Positions 28,301-36,814 of a stretch of 64,000 nucleotides of DNA are shown here, piece by piece (the first letter of the stretch is position 1; every line of letters starts with the position of its first letter). The position numbers were made by a program, and so were the translations under genes. This DNA comes from an uncultured virus (IMG/VR IMGVR_UViG_3300044701_003393). Its lineage: Duplodnaviria > Heunggongvirae > Uroviricota > Caudoviricetes. The notes under the pieces were generated by a model that was given only the letters and a program-made list of their open reading frames with translations, was not told the origin of the DNA and searched no databases. Location of the stretch: IMG/VR virus record IMGVR_UViG_3300044701_003393, one strand, 5' to 3'.

Positions 28301-31300
28301 TTTGTAAGTGATTTTTGAGGTTCATTAATAACAACCTTACCAATAATGTCGGATACTGCAAAAGATTTTGATGCTTCTGGATCTGACGTTGGATTGTCTC
28401 TATTAAACTGAGGATAAAGATATTGTATTGGTTGAGAGAATTTTAAATCAGTGAATGGTTCTATTGACGGTGAATTTGAAGCGTCAATAAGTAAAAGATG
28501 ATAAACACCATCTTGTACGTTTGGAATATACTCTTGAACTTCTTGACTTCTGTAAAGTTGATATGTACCAGTTAAAGATTTTCTCGAAAACCTTGGAAGA
28601 TCCGCATCTCTAATTGAAGTATTATTAAAGAAAGCACCTGGATTATCAGAAAGTTGATAAGTAAACTGTCTGGTGTTTTTAATTGCAGTAACAGTAAATG
28701 TACCATTAAATCCAGTATTTGCAATTCCTGTTAAATTGTTTGGGCTACTCTGAACGCTGACAATCTCAACGGTATTCCCAACTTTTAAGTCATGAGGAAG
28801 TTCTGTTGTAACAGTAGTAATGCCAGAAGAAGACCAGGTACAAGTTGCAATAAATCTTGGATTTCTAAGTTCGTTTTCATTAGATAAAGATAATGTATTT
28901 GTTAGATCAAAATACTTAGAAATTTCTGCGGTTCCAGTACCAATACCAGAACTTGCATCCTGAAGAACAAATGCATCAAGAGGAGGTCTTGCAGTAACTG
29001 AAGAAGACTTTGGAATTACATAACGAACTTTGTAAATAGTGTCTGAAAGATTTCTAAAATCCGTTTTTCTTTTAATATAAGTTCTTGGGGTGGCATACCC
29101 AAGAGAAGTAGTTCCCAAACCAACAACTGTATCGTAAATTGTATTTTCAGTAGATGCAGTTGCAACATTAATATACCACTGCCCTTCTGAAGAATCCCAT
29201 TGAACTGGATGTCCTACATCTCCAGAATTCTTATCAGATACTCTACTTAAAACTGTAAGATTTCCGCCCTTTTTACTTGGTGAAATTGCAATATCTTGGA
29301 AAGCGTCCGTAAATGTTTGAGCTATTTTAATCTGAGTAGATCCTATGCCAACTCCAGCAAGATCATTTGCAATTACATAATAGACTTTTGATGGGGAAAT
29401 TGAACTGGGGAGATTACCATCATCACTAATAATTCTTATTGATTCTCCAGTCTTAAATGAGTGTGGTACACCAAATGATACAATTTTATCAACAATACTA
29501 TTTTCTGACGCAGAAGTCTTTAGGACGTTAAATGATTTTTGATACGAAGTTTCATTTGAAGAAAACTCCGTACTTGGCATAATAATTCGAGCAGAATATT
29601 CTGATGAAATGCCACTCGATACAACCTGAACGTATAGTTCATCATCTACTTTAGCACCAATTCTAAATCCATCAATGACATTTGTTGGTGGATTATTTAA
29701 ATCAGTATAATTATACAAATAAAGTCTATTTGTACTTGCAACTCCTACAGTTTTATCAACATCAATCGCAATGAACTCAACCGATCCCTCTTCTGCTTCG
29801 ATTTCCTGTGGAGCAATAACATGAGTAATATATCCAGTATTATCTCTTAAAAATGCCTCCCTCTTAAATCCAGATGAAACAAGTGCTTTAGAACCAAAAT
29901 TAGAATTGGAGTTGTTGATGGACATATCTCCACCATTCTCCGCAACAAAATGTTGTGCGTATCCAATAGCAAATACAGATACTAACTGAAGGTAAGCATC
30001 GTTTGTTGCCTTAATATGGAAGTTTTCATATGCCGGTTTATATTTTGCATTAGAATCTGCAAATAAGTTAGTAAAGTTTGATGTAGAATCTTTATATGTT
30101 CCAGTTGAGCTATCGTATTTTACGAATGCATTATCATCCTTCTGCAAACCTACCCCAGTAAATTGGGAAACAACCATACTCTTAAATCCAGTTGCTTTAT
30201 CTCCATCAGCAAGCAATCCACACATTCCATAAACAGAACGTAGAGAAATATTAAAGATATATGGAGATGCTGAGGTTACAGTATCAACTGATATACTTGC
30301 AGTGGCACTTGAAACTGATCCTATTGGACTATTTGGAATGGTGGATGCTTTATATACAAATTCAGTATCACTTGTAATAGAGAAAATAACAAATTTACCA
30401 TCATAACCAACTTCACTTACACCAGAAATTTGAATTGGAGTATCAACACTAATTCCTTCAAGACTTTCTGCAGTTGTTACTGTAATTGTATTTGTTGCAG
30501 TGATTCCATCCCCAGCACGAATGCTTGTAATTCCTACTTCAGAACCTCTGGAACCTACAATCCTATACTCATCAATAACTGGTTCAATATCAACAACAGA
30601 TGAAGGTGGATAATCGTTTGATATTTCTCTACCAGATGATTGACCGTAAACTAATCCAACTCTTTCATAATACATATCGAGGTCTGTACGACCATAATCA
30701 GTCTTTGAAATAAAATCATCATCAATTACAACATTATTAACACCATCAGCATATTCAAATGCAGTTAATTTGTGGTGAGAAAAATTAGGAACAACCTTAT
30801 TAATCGTATAATCATAATAACACTGTCCATTTGGATCTGCATCAAGAACAGTAAATTGCCATAAGTAACAAGCACCAGTTAGACGGAAAATACAAGATCT
30901 TTCAATATTATCATTCTCTGGATTTGGAACGTATGTTGGACGAACTTTTGTCTTACGAAGATCTAATCCGACGATTGAAGTTCCTCTAGGTACTATGACA
31001 CCACCATGAACCGAATTTAATTTATAAAGTACGTTATTTTCTGCAGTAACATCAAAATTGGATGTTAGGTCCCAATCAGAAAAATCAGTAGAAGTTTGAC
31101 TACTTCTTAATTGATATTGTCCGCTGCCTATGGGAATCCATCCAGGACGATTATCTACAATATGCTCGCCAGGATATAGTAAAATAGTGGTCTTTCCAAA
31201 TCTATCGTTATCTTTTCCCCTTTGATACGAAAATCTTGCTGCCTCTATTAATGCCCTTTGAATGGTTTTAAATGGCCTTGCAAGAGAATTTCCCTGATTT

Positions 31301-31395
31301 TCTATACTATCGGTTGAATCTAAAGCGTTTGGATCAACATAAAGAATTGTTCCTCTTGCTGACTTCAGAAAATTATCTAATCTGGAGAGACCCAT
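25333..31395 (-). CDS. Large cyanophage virion structural/tail-fibre protein (2020 aa)
   Basis: MGLSRLDNFLK...PFKTIQRALIEAAR...PRGTSIVGLDLRKT, recognised as a conserved cyanomyophage structural family. Confidence 0.8.
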   Translation of the reverse strand: MGLSRLDNFLKSARGTILYVDPNALDSTDSIENQGNSLARPFKTIQRALIEAARFSYQRGKDNDRFGKTTILLYPGEHIVDNRPGWIPIGSGQYQLRSSQTSTDFSDWDLTSNFDVTAENNVLYKLNSVHGGVIVPRGTSIVGLDLRKTKVRPTYVPNPENDNIERSCIFRLTGACYLWQFTVLDADPNGQCYYDYTINKVVPNFSHHKLTAFEYADGVNNVVIDDDFISKTDYGRTDLDMYYERVGLVYGQSSGREISNDYPPSSVVDIEPVIDEYRIVGSRGSEVGITSIRAGDGITATNTITVTTAESLEGISVDTPIQISGVSEVGYDGKFVIFSITSDTEFVYKASTIPNSPIGSVSSATASISVDTVTSASPYIFNISLRSVYGMCGLLADGDKATGFKSMVVSQFTGVGLQKDDNAFVKYDSSTGTYKDSTSNFTNLFADSNAKYKPAYENFHIKATNDAYLQLVSVFAIGYAQHFVAENGGDMSINNSNSNFGSKALVSSGFKREAFLRDNTGYITHVIAPQEIEAEEGSVEFIAIDVDKTVGVASTNRLYLYNYTDLNNPPTNVIDGFRIGAKVDDELYVQVVSSGISSEYSARIIMPSTEFSSNETSYQKSFNVLKTSASENSIVDKIVSFGVPHSFKTGESIRIISDDGNLPSSISPSKVYYVIANDLAGVGIGSTQIKIAQTFTDAFQDIAISPSKKGGNLTVLSRVSDKNSGDVGHPVQWDSSEGQWYINVATASTENTIYDTVVGLGTTSLGYATPRTYIKRKTDFRNLSDTIYKVRYVIPKSSSVTARPPLDAFVLQDASSGIGTGTAEISKYFDLTNTLSLSNENELRNPRFIATCTWSSSGITTVTTELPHDLKVGNTVEIVSVQSSPNNLTGIANTGFNGTFTVTAIKNTRQFTYQLSDNPGAFFNNTSIRDADLPRFSRKSLTGTYQLYRSQEVQEYIPNVQDGVYHLLLIDASNSPSIEPFTDLKFSQPIQYLYPQFNRDNPTSDPEASKSFAVSDIIGKVVINEPQKSLTKEALGNLLDDINVGFGITNIASNSAGTAHTIYTTYDHGFAGITSVSITGAGSTYATGTYYNVPLVGAAGSTTGDYATAAVTVSVAGTISKVVIMNRGSAYGIGNTLAILDVPRNAGSIAAYVTVQQIQNNVGDTLVVSGVSSSQYNGVYNITQVPIGSTKAILVGSANSISSPSTTGIGVTATSSANVVVSGSSIGISSITYDAATGISTVSFSRAHGFRVNDKIRIGGASDSIFNNEFIVKTTPSVAVASTQLTINTGVKNASPIYGGTLTAYPLFLNSYGGDLTLENEKTSSRLVAQYAGITTVSTALIDITSTNNDPLTIQNAVACGLRMGDYIQIDNEIFRIRSAVTSDQVYVFRSVLGTQKQTHLDNSVVRKVKPIPIEFRRNSIIRASGHTFEYMGFGPGNYSTALPERQNRIITGQEEILSQATKVDGGVAIFTGMNSDGDFYTGNKKINSSTGQEEIFDAPVPTVTGEEPSVSVVNIGFDVLTPLEISVNRSIRVEGGPDSTLISEFDGPVVFNNKITSTSSKGIEAASLYLQGDAFVSRKLTVGISTPTQAGNPGDIVTRTEPQSGNSVGWVYTTNNRWEQFGTIGDEGKDPSIRIGISSNGNFVGLSTLIDFKAVGDVEISTEHDDIVGITSLTISNVNKIEVSRNVTNNFIGTATQLNFVGIGITVTSDFDVSSGIATISFDGLSLNELPDIAPPGGNIGELQYNLNGVLFGGVTGSSYDSVINQLNVASTLNVAISTSSSALVVTQTGTGNALLVQDETNDASPFVISNNGGVGIGRAIPQARLDITSTDETSLRIRSTYGGGPVVRIDSSLDDTSPFIIDASGSVGINTLTVASGISLDVVGNAGVTGEIRYYNSTRTNYVAFKAQETIASNVVWSLPNVVGAANSILYSVTPGVLGWTSIKNALSLATTDDLPEGNTNKYYTDARVVNKVKTLIGDQCGINVTFNEATQKIDYEVIVTQEYAPFPYSTRGFAIPL

Positions 31396-31435
31396 CTTAT
31401 TAATACTTATAGTTCCGTTATGGATTATTTATCAT

Positions 31436-31463
31436 ACAACAAAACCCTCACAAAGGAGGGTTC
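31436..31463 (-). terminator. Intrinsic terminator-like hairpin before the late promoter of the large fibre gene
   Basis: AACCCTC-N6-GAGGGTT followed by TTGTTGT; GATAAATA just downstream. Confidence 0.55.
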
Positions 31464-31485
31464 TGAAGCACACGGAAGGGACTGG

Positions 31486-32121
31486 TTAAGTATCGCCTTG
31501 ACTATTATACCACTTCTCCTCTTTCCAAGTCAAGCGTTTCTTGAGTTCTTTATCAAAGATCATCAAATACCTGTGTTTACGACTTCTTTCTCTCCACTCA
31601 CCTTCAGCACCCTTCACACTTCCCCTTGAATGCTTTGTACCATCAGCATAGTAAAAGTCTTTTTTGGGTGCTGTTAGACCGTAGTAAGTAAAATTACAAG
31701 CTCTGTATATAACTCCAGAGTGGTGATTAGCATCAGCGTAACTAAGAATAGCACGAACGCGGGCATCTTTTCGGAACCTCTTTATACAACGACTGACGAA
31801 CCAAGAGGTAATGTTATACTCTGTTTTCTGAATATCAGGATGAATACAAAGTCTTGAAAGTTCATAAAGACCTTCCTGTTCGTGTCTTTGTAATCCAAAT
31901 GCCCCAACTGCTATCTCTGGGACGGGGATCTTAGTAAAGACACAACAACCCAAGCACTTATCAATATGAAGGACATCAGTAACAGATGATCGGAAAAGAC
32001 CGTAATTATTCCCACTTTTAAAATCTTTTGATTCGTCTTTAAGATAATGATAGGTATAAAGAAGATTTTTGATTTCTTCTTTACCTACTCTATCTATAAA
32101 GTACTGAGTATTTTTACTCAT
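31486..32121 (-). CDS. Mom-like (GNAT fold) DNA adenine modification protein
   Basis: YHYL, ELSRL and LSYAD...H.GVIYRACNF.YYG motifs resembling phage Mu Mom. Confidence 0.7.
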   Translation of the reverse strand: MSKNTQYFIDRVGKEEIKNLLYTYHYLKDESKDFKSGNNYGLFRSSVTDVLHIDKCLGCCVFTKIPVPEIAVGAFGLQRHEQEGLYELSRLCIHPDIQKTEYNITSWFVSRCIKRFRKDARVRAILSYADANHHSGVIYRACNFTYYGLTAPKKDFYYADGTKHSRGSVKGAEGEWRERSRKHRYLMIFDKELKKRLTWKEEKWYNSQGDT

Positions 32122-32288
32122 TCTTGTGAGGATTTCATCATATATTCTACGGTATTTGCAACGTCATTCATTGCTGTACGAAGATCTGGTTGCTGACCTG
32201 ATTCTTGCTTAAGAATAGGTCTTGAGTCGTCGGTAAGAGTCCAACGCCATTGTTGCATATCTTTGCAGTACCAGAGATTTATCTTCAT
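32118..32288 (-). CDS. Small hypothetical protein (56 aa)
   Basis: Hand translation MKINLWYCKDMQQWRWTLTDD...KSSQE; overlaps the next start (ATGA). Confidence 0.7.
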   Translation of the reverse strand: MKINLWYCKDMQQWRWTLTDDSRPILKQESGQQPDLRTAMNDVANTVEYMMKSSQE

Positions 32289-32308
32289 TTTAAAACTTAG
32301 GTTTTAAG

Positions 32309-32380
32309 AGCCCCCGACAAGAGTCGAACTTGCGACAAATGGTTTACAAAACCATTGCTCTACCACTGAGCTACAAGGGC
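32309..32380 (-). tRNA. tRNA-Thr(UGU)
   Basis: GCCCTTG acceptor stem, TAGCTCAGTGGTAGAGC D arm, ATGGT-TTTGTAA-ACCAT anticodon arm, GTTCGAC T loop; CCA not encoded. Confidence 0.93.
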
Positions 32381-32381
32381 A

Positions 32382-32651
32382 TTAATCTGCAGGCATCATT
32401 TCTGGATTTTCCAGATCGACTTCAAACATCAGAGGATGACATTCTTCCATCATAAGATAGTAAGATGCTTGATATAAATCCTCTGGTTCAAATCGTCTTT
32501 CGTTGTCTGCACATTCAAGGACTTCCGGATCGTAAATGTAACTATCAGGAACATCGTCAAAAGTAAAAGGTAAACTTTGTATGAAATACATCAGAACAAG
32601 TTGTGTTCCTCTGTTGTACCAAACATATCTGGCATCTATTCTGTATTTCAT
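32382..32651 (-). CDS. Cyanophage hypothetical protein
   Basis: 89-aa ORF between the two tRNAs. Confidence 0.65.
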   Translation of the reverse strand: MKYRIDARYVWYNRGTQLVLMYFIQSLPFTFDDVPDSYIYDPEVLECADNERRFEPEDLYQASYYLMMEECHPLMFEVDLENPEMMPAD

Positions 32652-32703
32652 AGAATAGTTCCTTATACTTTTGTTTTATTTAGAAGTCGTTTATAACCTC
32701 TAA

Positions 32704-32787
32704 TGGGCATGGGGGGACTCGAACCCCCACGGGATTACTCCCAACGAATTTTAAGTTCGGTACGGCTACCAATTACGTCACACGCCC
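32704..32787 (-). tRNA. tRNA-Leu(UAA)
   Basis: GGGCGTG acceptor stem, CGAA-CTTAAAA-TTCG anticodon arm, long variable arm GGGA-GTAA-TCCC, GGTTCGAGTCC T arm. Confidence 0.92.
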
Positions 32788-32796
32788 ATAAAAAAC

Positions 32797-32976
32797 TCAG
32801 AGAAGACTGAGTTGACTATCAGATTCTACCGTATAAGTCGGAGGATGTAAAGTGCAGTATTCATTAAACGTAATCTTCATTTCTTTGTTTGTAAGATTAC
32901 AGTTTGCTGCTGCTTTTGGAACATTCCATTTTGCTGAGAACAGCATTTCCATTGATTCTCTTGTTTCTGGACGCAT
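32797..32976 (-). CDS. Small hypothetical protein
   Basis: Likely start MRPETRESMEMLFSAKWN at 32976. Confidence 0.6.
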   Translation of the reverse strand: MRPETRESMEMLFSAKWNVPKAAANCNLTNKEMKITFNEYCTLHPPTYTVESDSQLSLL

Positions 32977-33034
32977 TTGAAAAAAGTAATAAGGGCAATT
33001 TTTACCGGGAAAATTTTTCCACCCTAAATGAAAC

Positions 33035-33217
33035 TTAAAGTGGATTTGCGTATGAAAGTGTTTTCTCATCCACCGTCGAACGTACGAATTCTAGCACGTT
33101 CATAAACTCATCAACCGTATCACAGACCACTTCACGTTCTGACCCCTCACTGGAGTAAAGATACACGGTTCGTTTAATTGGATCAACGACACATCGCGTC
33201 AGGTACTCATCTTGCAT
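33035..33217 (-). CDS. Small hypothetical protein
   Basis: Likely start MQDEYLTRCVVD, downstream of a sigma70-type promoter. Confidence 0.65.
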   Translation of the reverse strand: MQDEYLTRCVVDPIKRTVYLYSSEGSEREVVCDTVDEFMNVLEFVRSTVDEKTLSYANPL

Positions 33218-33243
33218 TCGGTTCGTTCCGTGATTACCCAAGT

Positions 33244-33272
33244 ATCATAGCACGGTAGGGGGCTGGCGTCAA
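33244..33272 (-). promoter_or_regulatory. Sigma70-type early promoter
   Basis: TTGACG-17 nt-TATGAT. Confidence 0.7.
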
Positions 33273-33275
33273 GGG

Positions 33276-34346
33276 TTATGTCAGAGTAATATTTGCAGTC
33301 CTCATAACACCATCAGTTCCTCTTACTCTTATCCTCAAGTTAGTGTTACTTGTAAGATCAAAAGAAAGTTGAGAATTTGCTGGTGAGGAAGTGGTTCCCA
33401 ATCCAACAGTAGCAATACCAGTGATTAGAGTATTGCCAACAACATGAAGTTTTGCTTGAGGAACTGTTGTTCCGATGCCGACAAGACCATCAGCAGTCGT
33501 AATAATTGTAGTTCCAGCAACTCCAACCAGTAGAGTACTAACACCAACTGGAGAAGAACTTAGATACGTATTTAACCAAGTATAGTCACAAAATTCAGTG
33601 ACATTCAAGCATCCATTTATCTCAAGATTTCCATCAATATATGCATCTCCGGTAACAGAATCTACTCCAAATTTATTTGCATTTACTACTAAATCTCCAT
33701 TAACATAAGTATCTCCAGTTGAAGAATCTACGGTAAATTGATTTACATTGACAGTAAAATCACCAAAAACATTTGTATCTCCTCTACCAAAAGTAATACT
33801 ACTATACCCAACAACACTCGTTGTTCCATATCCAACTATAGTATTATAAGCAGTAGTATACCCAACATTAAGAGTATTTACATTAAAAGTAAAAACATCG
33901 ACAGGAAGAATAGAATATGAAAGTATACTTTTTATATCAGAAGAAGCTATTGCTATATTACTGCTTGTAATTCCAGGAGAAACAATACTTGTTTGGATTT
34001 TTTCCAGTTTTACATAATTTGTATCTGATTTTTCAAGACGTAAATTTATGTAATCAAATGGATTATTATATAGAACCATTGATACATTATCATCCCTAAA
34101 GAAATTCATGTTCGCAAGATCATCTCGATTGTATAATTCTGGACTAAAATTATTATTATCAAGGTAATCTTGACTCAGATAATCATTATCATCAAAAGAA
34201 TTCAATCCAGAGTTAGGAATTCCTACGAAAGATCCACTTGTCTTTACAGCATTGGTCCAAAGATTATTTAATAGTACAGTGTCTTCAGAAACCTTATAAT
34301 AAGTACTCTCATCAAACTTATCTTCAAATTGATTATCCTTATCCAT
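33276..34346 (-). CDS. Fibre-like structural protein
   Basis: VGIGTTVPQAKLHV motif; C-terminal VRGTDGVMRTANITL. Confidence 0.6.
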   Translation of the reverse strand: MDKDNQFEDKFDESTYYKVSEDTVLLNNLWTNAVKTSGSFVGIPNSGLNSFDDNDYLSQDYLDNNNFSPELYNRDDLANMNFFRDDNVSMVLYNNPFDYINLRLEKSDTNYVKLEKIQTSIVSPGITSSNIAIASSDIKSILSYSILPVDVFTFNVNTLNVGYTTAYNTIVGYGTTSVVGYSSITFGRGDTNVFGDFTVNVNQFTVDSSTGDTYVNGDLVVNANKFGVDSVTGDAYIDGNLEINGCLNVTEFCDYTWLNTYLSSSPVGVSTLLVGVAGTTIITTADGLVGIGTTVPQAKLHVVGNTLITGIATVGLGTTSSPANSQLSFDLTSNTNLRIRVRGTDGVMRTANITLT

Positions 34347-35040
34347 TTTCCTTATCTACCTCAATTTTTAATTTTTCAACATCTTTTCTTTCACCATAAA
34401 CATGATAAAAGCAATCTATAGGCATTCCACCTCTAGATTGTAAATGTATTTGATTTTCTCCTATTCTTTTTATAATTATATCTTGATGTGCTCCGATTGG
34501 TTGTAATTGAACTGTGATACTATTTTCATGTACTAGTTCAGTCCAATAGTCGGGAAGGTCAATTACATTTTTATTTCTCAATCTACCCCTGAAATAAACC
34601 CCGTTTTCTGGTCCTTCTAAACAAGAGTGAACCAGATCTTTATCCTTTTTGAGGGGATGAGGTATCTGAAAGTTTTTGATACTTGCTCTCAGAATTACAG
34701 TTTTAATCTCAACTGCACGAAGTTTAGTAGTACGAATTCTAAAGGCACGAAGAAACTTAGTTTTAATTAAAATATCGACTCTCAAATAACTTTGTATTCT
34801 AGCATAAAAACGAAGCCATAAAGAATATAAAGGTTTGACAGTATCACTATTTTCAAGAGGAGCAAGCATCATAGTTGCTTTTATATCATTGTATTCTTCA
34901 TCATCTCCTCCATGAACTGGTCCTTGGAGATATGAAGAACCACGAATTGCAGCTGCACCTCTACCTAAAGATTCTGGTTTTACTTCATCCTTTGCAATAA
35001 AACATCTTTGAATATATTCAGAATCACTGAATGACGACAT
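34339..35040 (-). CDS. Baseplate spike/short-fibre-associated protein
   Basis: KNFQIPHP...CLEGPENGVYFRG...VYGERKD motif; lies downstream of gp5. Confidence 0.6.
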   Translation of the reverse strand: MSSFSDSEYIQRCFIAKDEVKPESLGRGAAAIRGSSYLQGPVHGGDDEEYNDIKATMMLAPLENSDTVKPLYSLWLRFYARIQSYLRVDILIKTKFLRAFRIRTTKLRAVEIKTVILRASIKNFQIPHPLKKDKDLVHSCLEGPENGVYFRGRLRNKNVIDLPDYWTELVHENSITVQLQPIGAHQDIIIKRIGENQIHLQSRGGMPIDCFYHVYGERKDVEKLKIEVDKENG

Positions 35041-35055
35041 AAGTATATCTCCTTA

Positions 35056-35652
35056 TTAAATTGATCCAGGTTTTACAGATCCAAGTGCTCTTGGATTGAT
35101 AGAAAGTACAGGAGGTTTTAATGAACTTGATGTACTCAATTTTTGAAATGCTCCTGCAGTCATTTTCATAATATTTTTTGCTGTAGTATTTAGTTCCCCA
35201 TCAGAAAACAAACTCATTGCTTCTTCAGCATTGAGATTAATTTGTTTTGACTTTAACTTAATTTCTTCATTTGATTGTAATGTTATTCTTCCAGTACTAT
35301 TATCAGTTCCAGTGGCAATCAATTGAATATCTCTTGCATTAACTTTAAATACTCCCTTTGTAATGATCTCAATATTTCCTCTACTTAATCCTTTGTCACC
35401 GCAAGAATTAAGATACATTGCTACATCACCATCAGGAATATTATCTCCGCAAATAACTTGATATCTTCCCCTGCACCTCGACGTAATCCATCCATTTCTA
35501 GGTGCAGTTTGGTCTATGGTAATATACTCCAATCCACCCTGACCCTGCATCATAATCGATGACTTTACTTGGTCCAGGTGAATATGACCTAACCTCAAAT
35601 TTCCATCTTTAGTTCTTATATCTTTTGTTTCTAAATTTAAAGATTTTCCCAT
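35056..35652 (-). CDS. gp5 C-terminal beta-helix-like protein
   Basis: Short beta-strand periodicity (GNIEII, ARDIQLIA, GRITLQS); position in the gp5 cluster. Confidence 0.5.
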   Translation of the reverse strand: MGKSLNLETKDIRTKDGNLRLGHIHLDQVKSSIMMQGQGGLEYITIDQTAPRNGWITSRCRGRYQVICGDNIPDGDVAMYLNSCGDKGLSRGNIEIITKGVFKVNARDIQLIATGTDNSTGRITLQSNEEIKLKSKQINLNAEEAMSLFSDGELNTTAKNIMKMTAGAFQKLSTSSSLKPPVLSINPRALGSVKPGSI

Positions 35653-35657
35653 TTTAA

Positions 35658-36812
35658 TTACCTCGGCACATTAAAAGTACTTGTTTGTGGAATTTTACCT
35701 ACACAATCAATAACTGTCACTAAACGAACTTCTTGAGGAACAACACTTATTTGTTCCACTGTTGTAGAAGGTGTAACGGGAGAAACCTGAGATTCTATTG
35801 GCTTAGTTGGATCAATTCGTGTAACCTTAAAGATTGGACTAAATGTAGCATTAAATCCTGTAGGAGAATTTGTTCTAATTTCAGGCAAATCATCATATCC
35901 ACATCCACCTTGAATAATTTTTACTGAGGTAATACTCCCAAACTCATTGATTACTAATTCGGTTTTAGTTCCATTATCAGGAGTGATAATTAGTTCATCT
36001 CCAGGTCTATAACCAAATCCTTGATCTAAAACCTTTATCTCTTCAATGCAAAGAATAACCGAATATGGTGTTCCAAATGATGTAGGATCTTTTGGTTTTA
36101 CTGGAACTAATGGTAAGGTAATGACCTCATCTCGTTCCAGAACTCTCGGTGAACCATTTGGTGGATAATAAGTACTTCCCGATTTTACTCCTATAGGCCT
36201 TAAAGGTTGAACGACGTGATATCCACTAATTGGAGTTCTGACATAACCCTCATCAGGTTCTTTCCATACTCTCTCATTTCCACCTAGACTGCCATCAGGA
36301 GCAGCAAGATATCCATCACCAGGTGCATTGATAGTTATATTTTTAACCGACTTACCATCGGAATTCATATTTACAGTAAGATTTCCTCCAGCACCTTTAC
36401 CACAGTTATCAATTAACTCTGCATTTGGAGGTGATTCAAATCCCTTTCCCGGATTTACAATATCAAATCCAATTACAGAAGATGAGATTGGACTAATCAC
36501 AGCATTCGCAGCAGCACCAAATCCAGCCCCACCCCCAAAAAACTTAACCAATGGTGGCCCACAAACTTGAGGTTGTGTAGGACAATCAGAAGTTGTTGGA
36601 AGTAAATCTTTTTCTGGAGTTAATTGATTGACTTCTACTATTGTAAGTTCTTCTTCAGTTCCATCACCATTTTGAAAGTAAAATAGTTTTGTAGGATCTA
36701 TCTGATGAACTCTATTAGCTTCTTCGACAGTTAATCCACCTACTTTCTTCCCATCATCATCAAAGAAAGCAACCTTAATAGCAGTATCTTGAGGAATATT
36801 TCTAGAAAACAT
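35658..36812 (-). CDS. gp5-associated structural protein
   Basis: CGPPLVKFFGG, DNCGKGAG, VIDCVG motifs of cyanophage gp5 mid regions. Confidence 0.55.
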   Translation of the reverse strand: MFSRNIPQDTAIKVAFFDDDGKKVGGLTVEEANRVHQIDPTKLFYFQNGDGTEEELTIVEVNQLTPEKDLLPTTSDCPTQPQVCGPPLVKFFGGGAGFGAAANAVISPISSSVIGFDIVNPGKGFESPPNAELIDNCGKGAGGNLTVNMNSDGKSVKNITINAPGDGYLAAPDGSLGGNERVWKEPDEGYVRTPISGYHVVQPLRPIGVKSGSTYYPPNGSPRVLERDEVITLPLVPVKPKDPTSFGTPYSVILCIEEIKVLDQGFGYRPGDELIITPDNGTKTELVINEFGSITSVKIIQGGCGYDDLPEIRTNSPTGFNATFSPIFKVTRIDPTKPIESQVSPVTPSTTVEQISVVPQEVRLVTVIDCVGKIPQTSTFNVPR

Positions 36813-36814
36813 AA

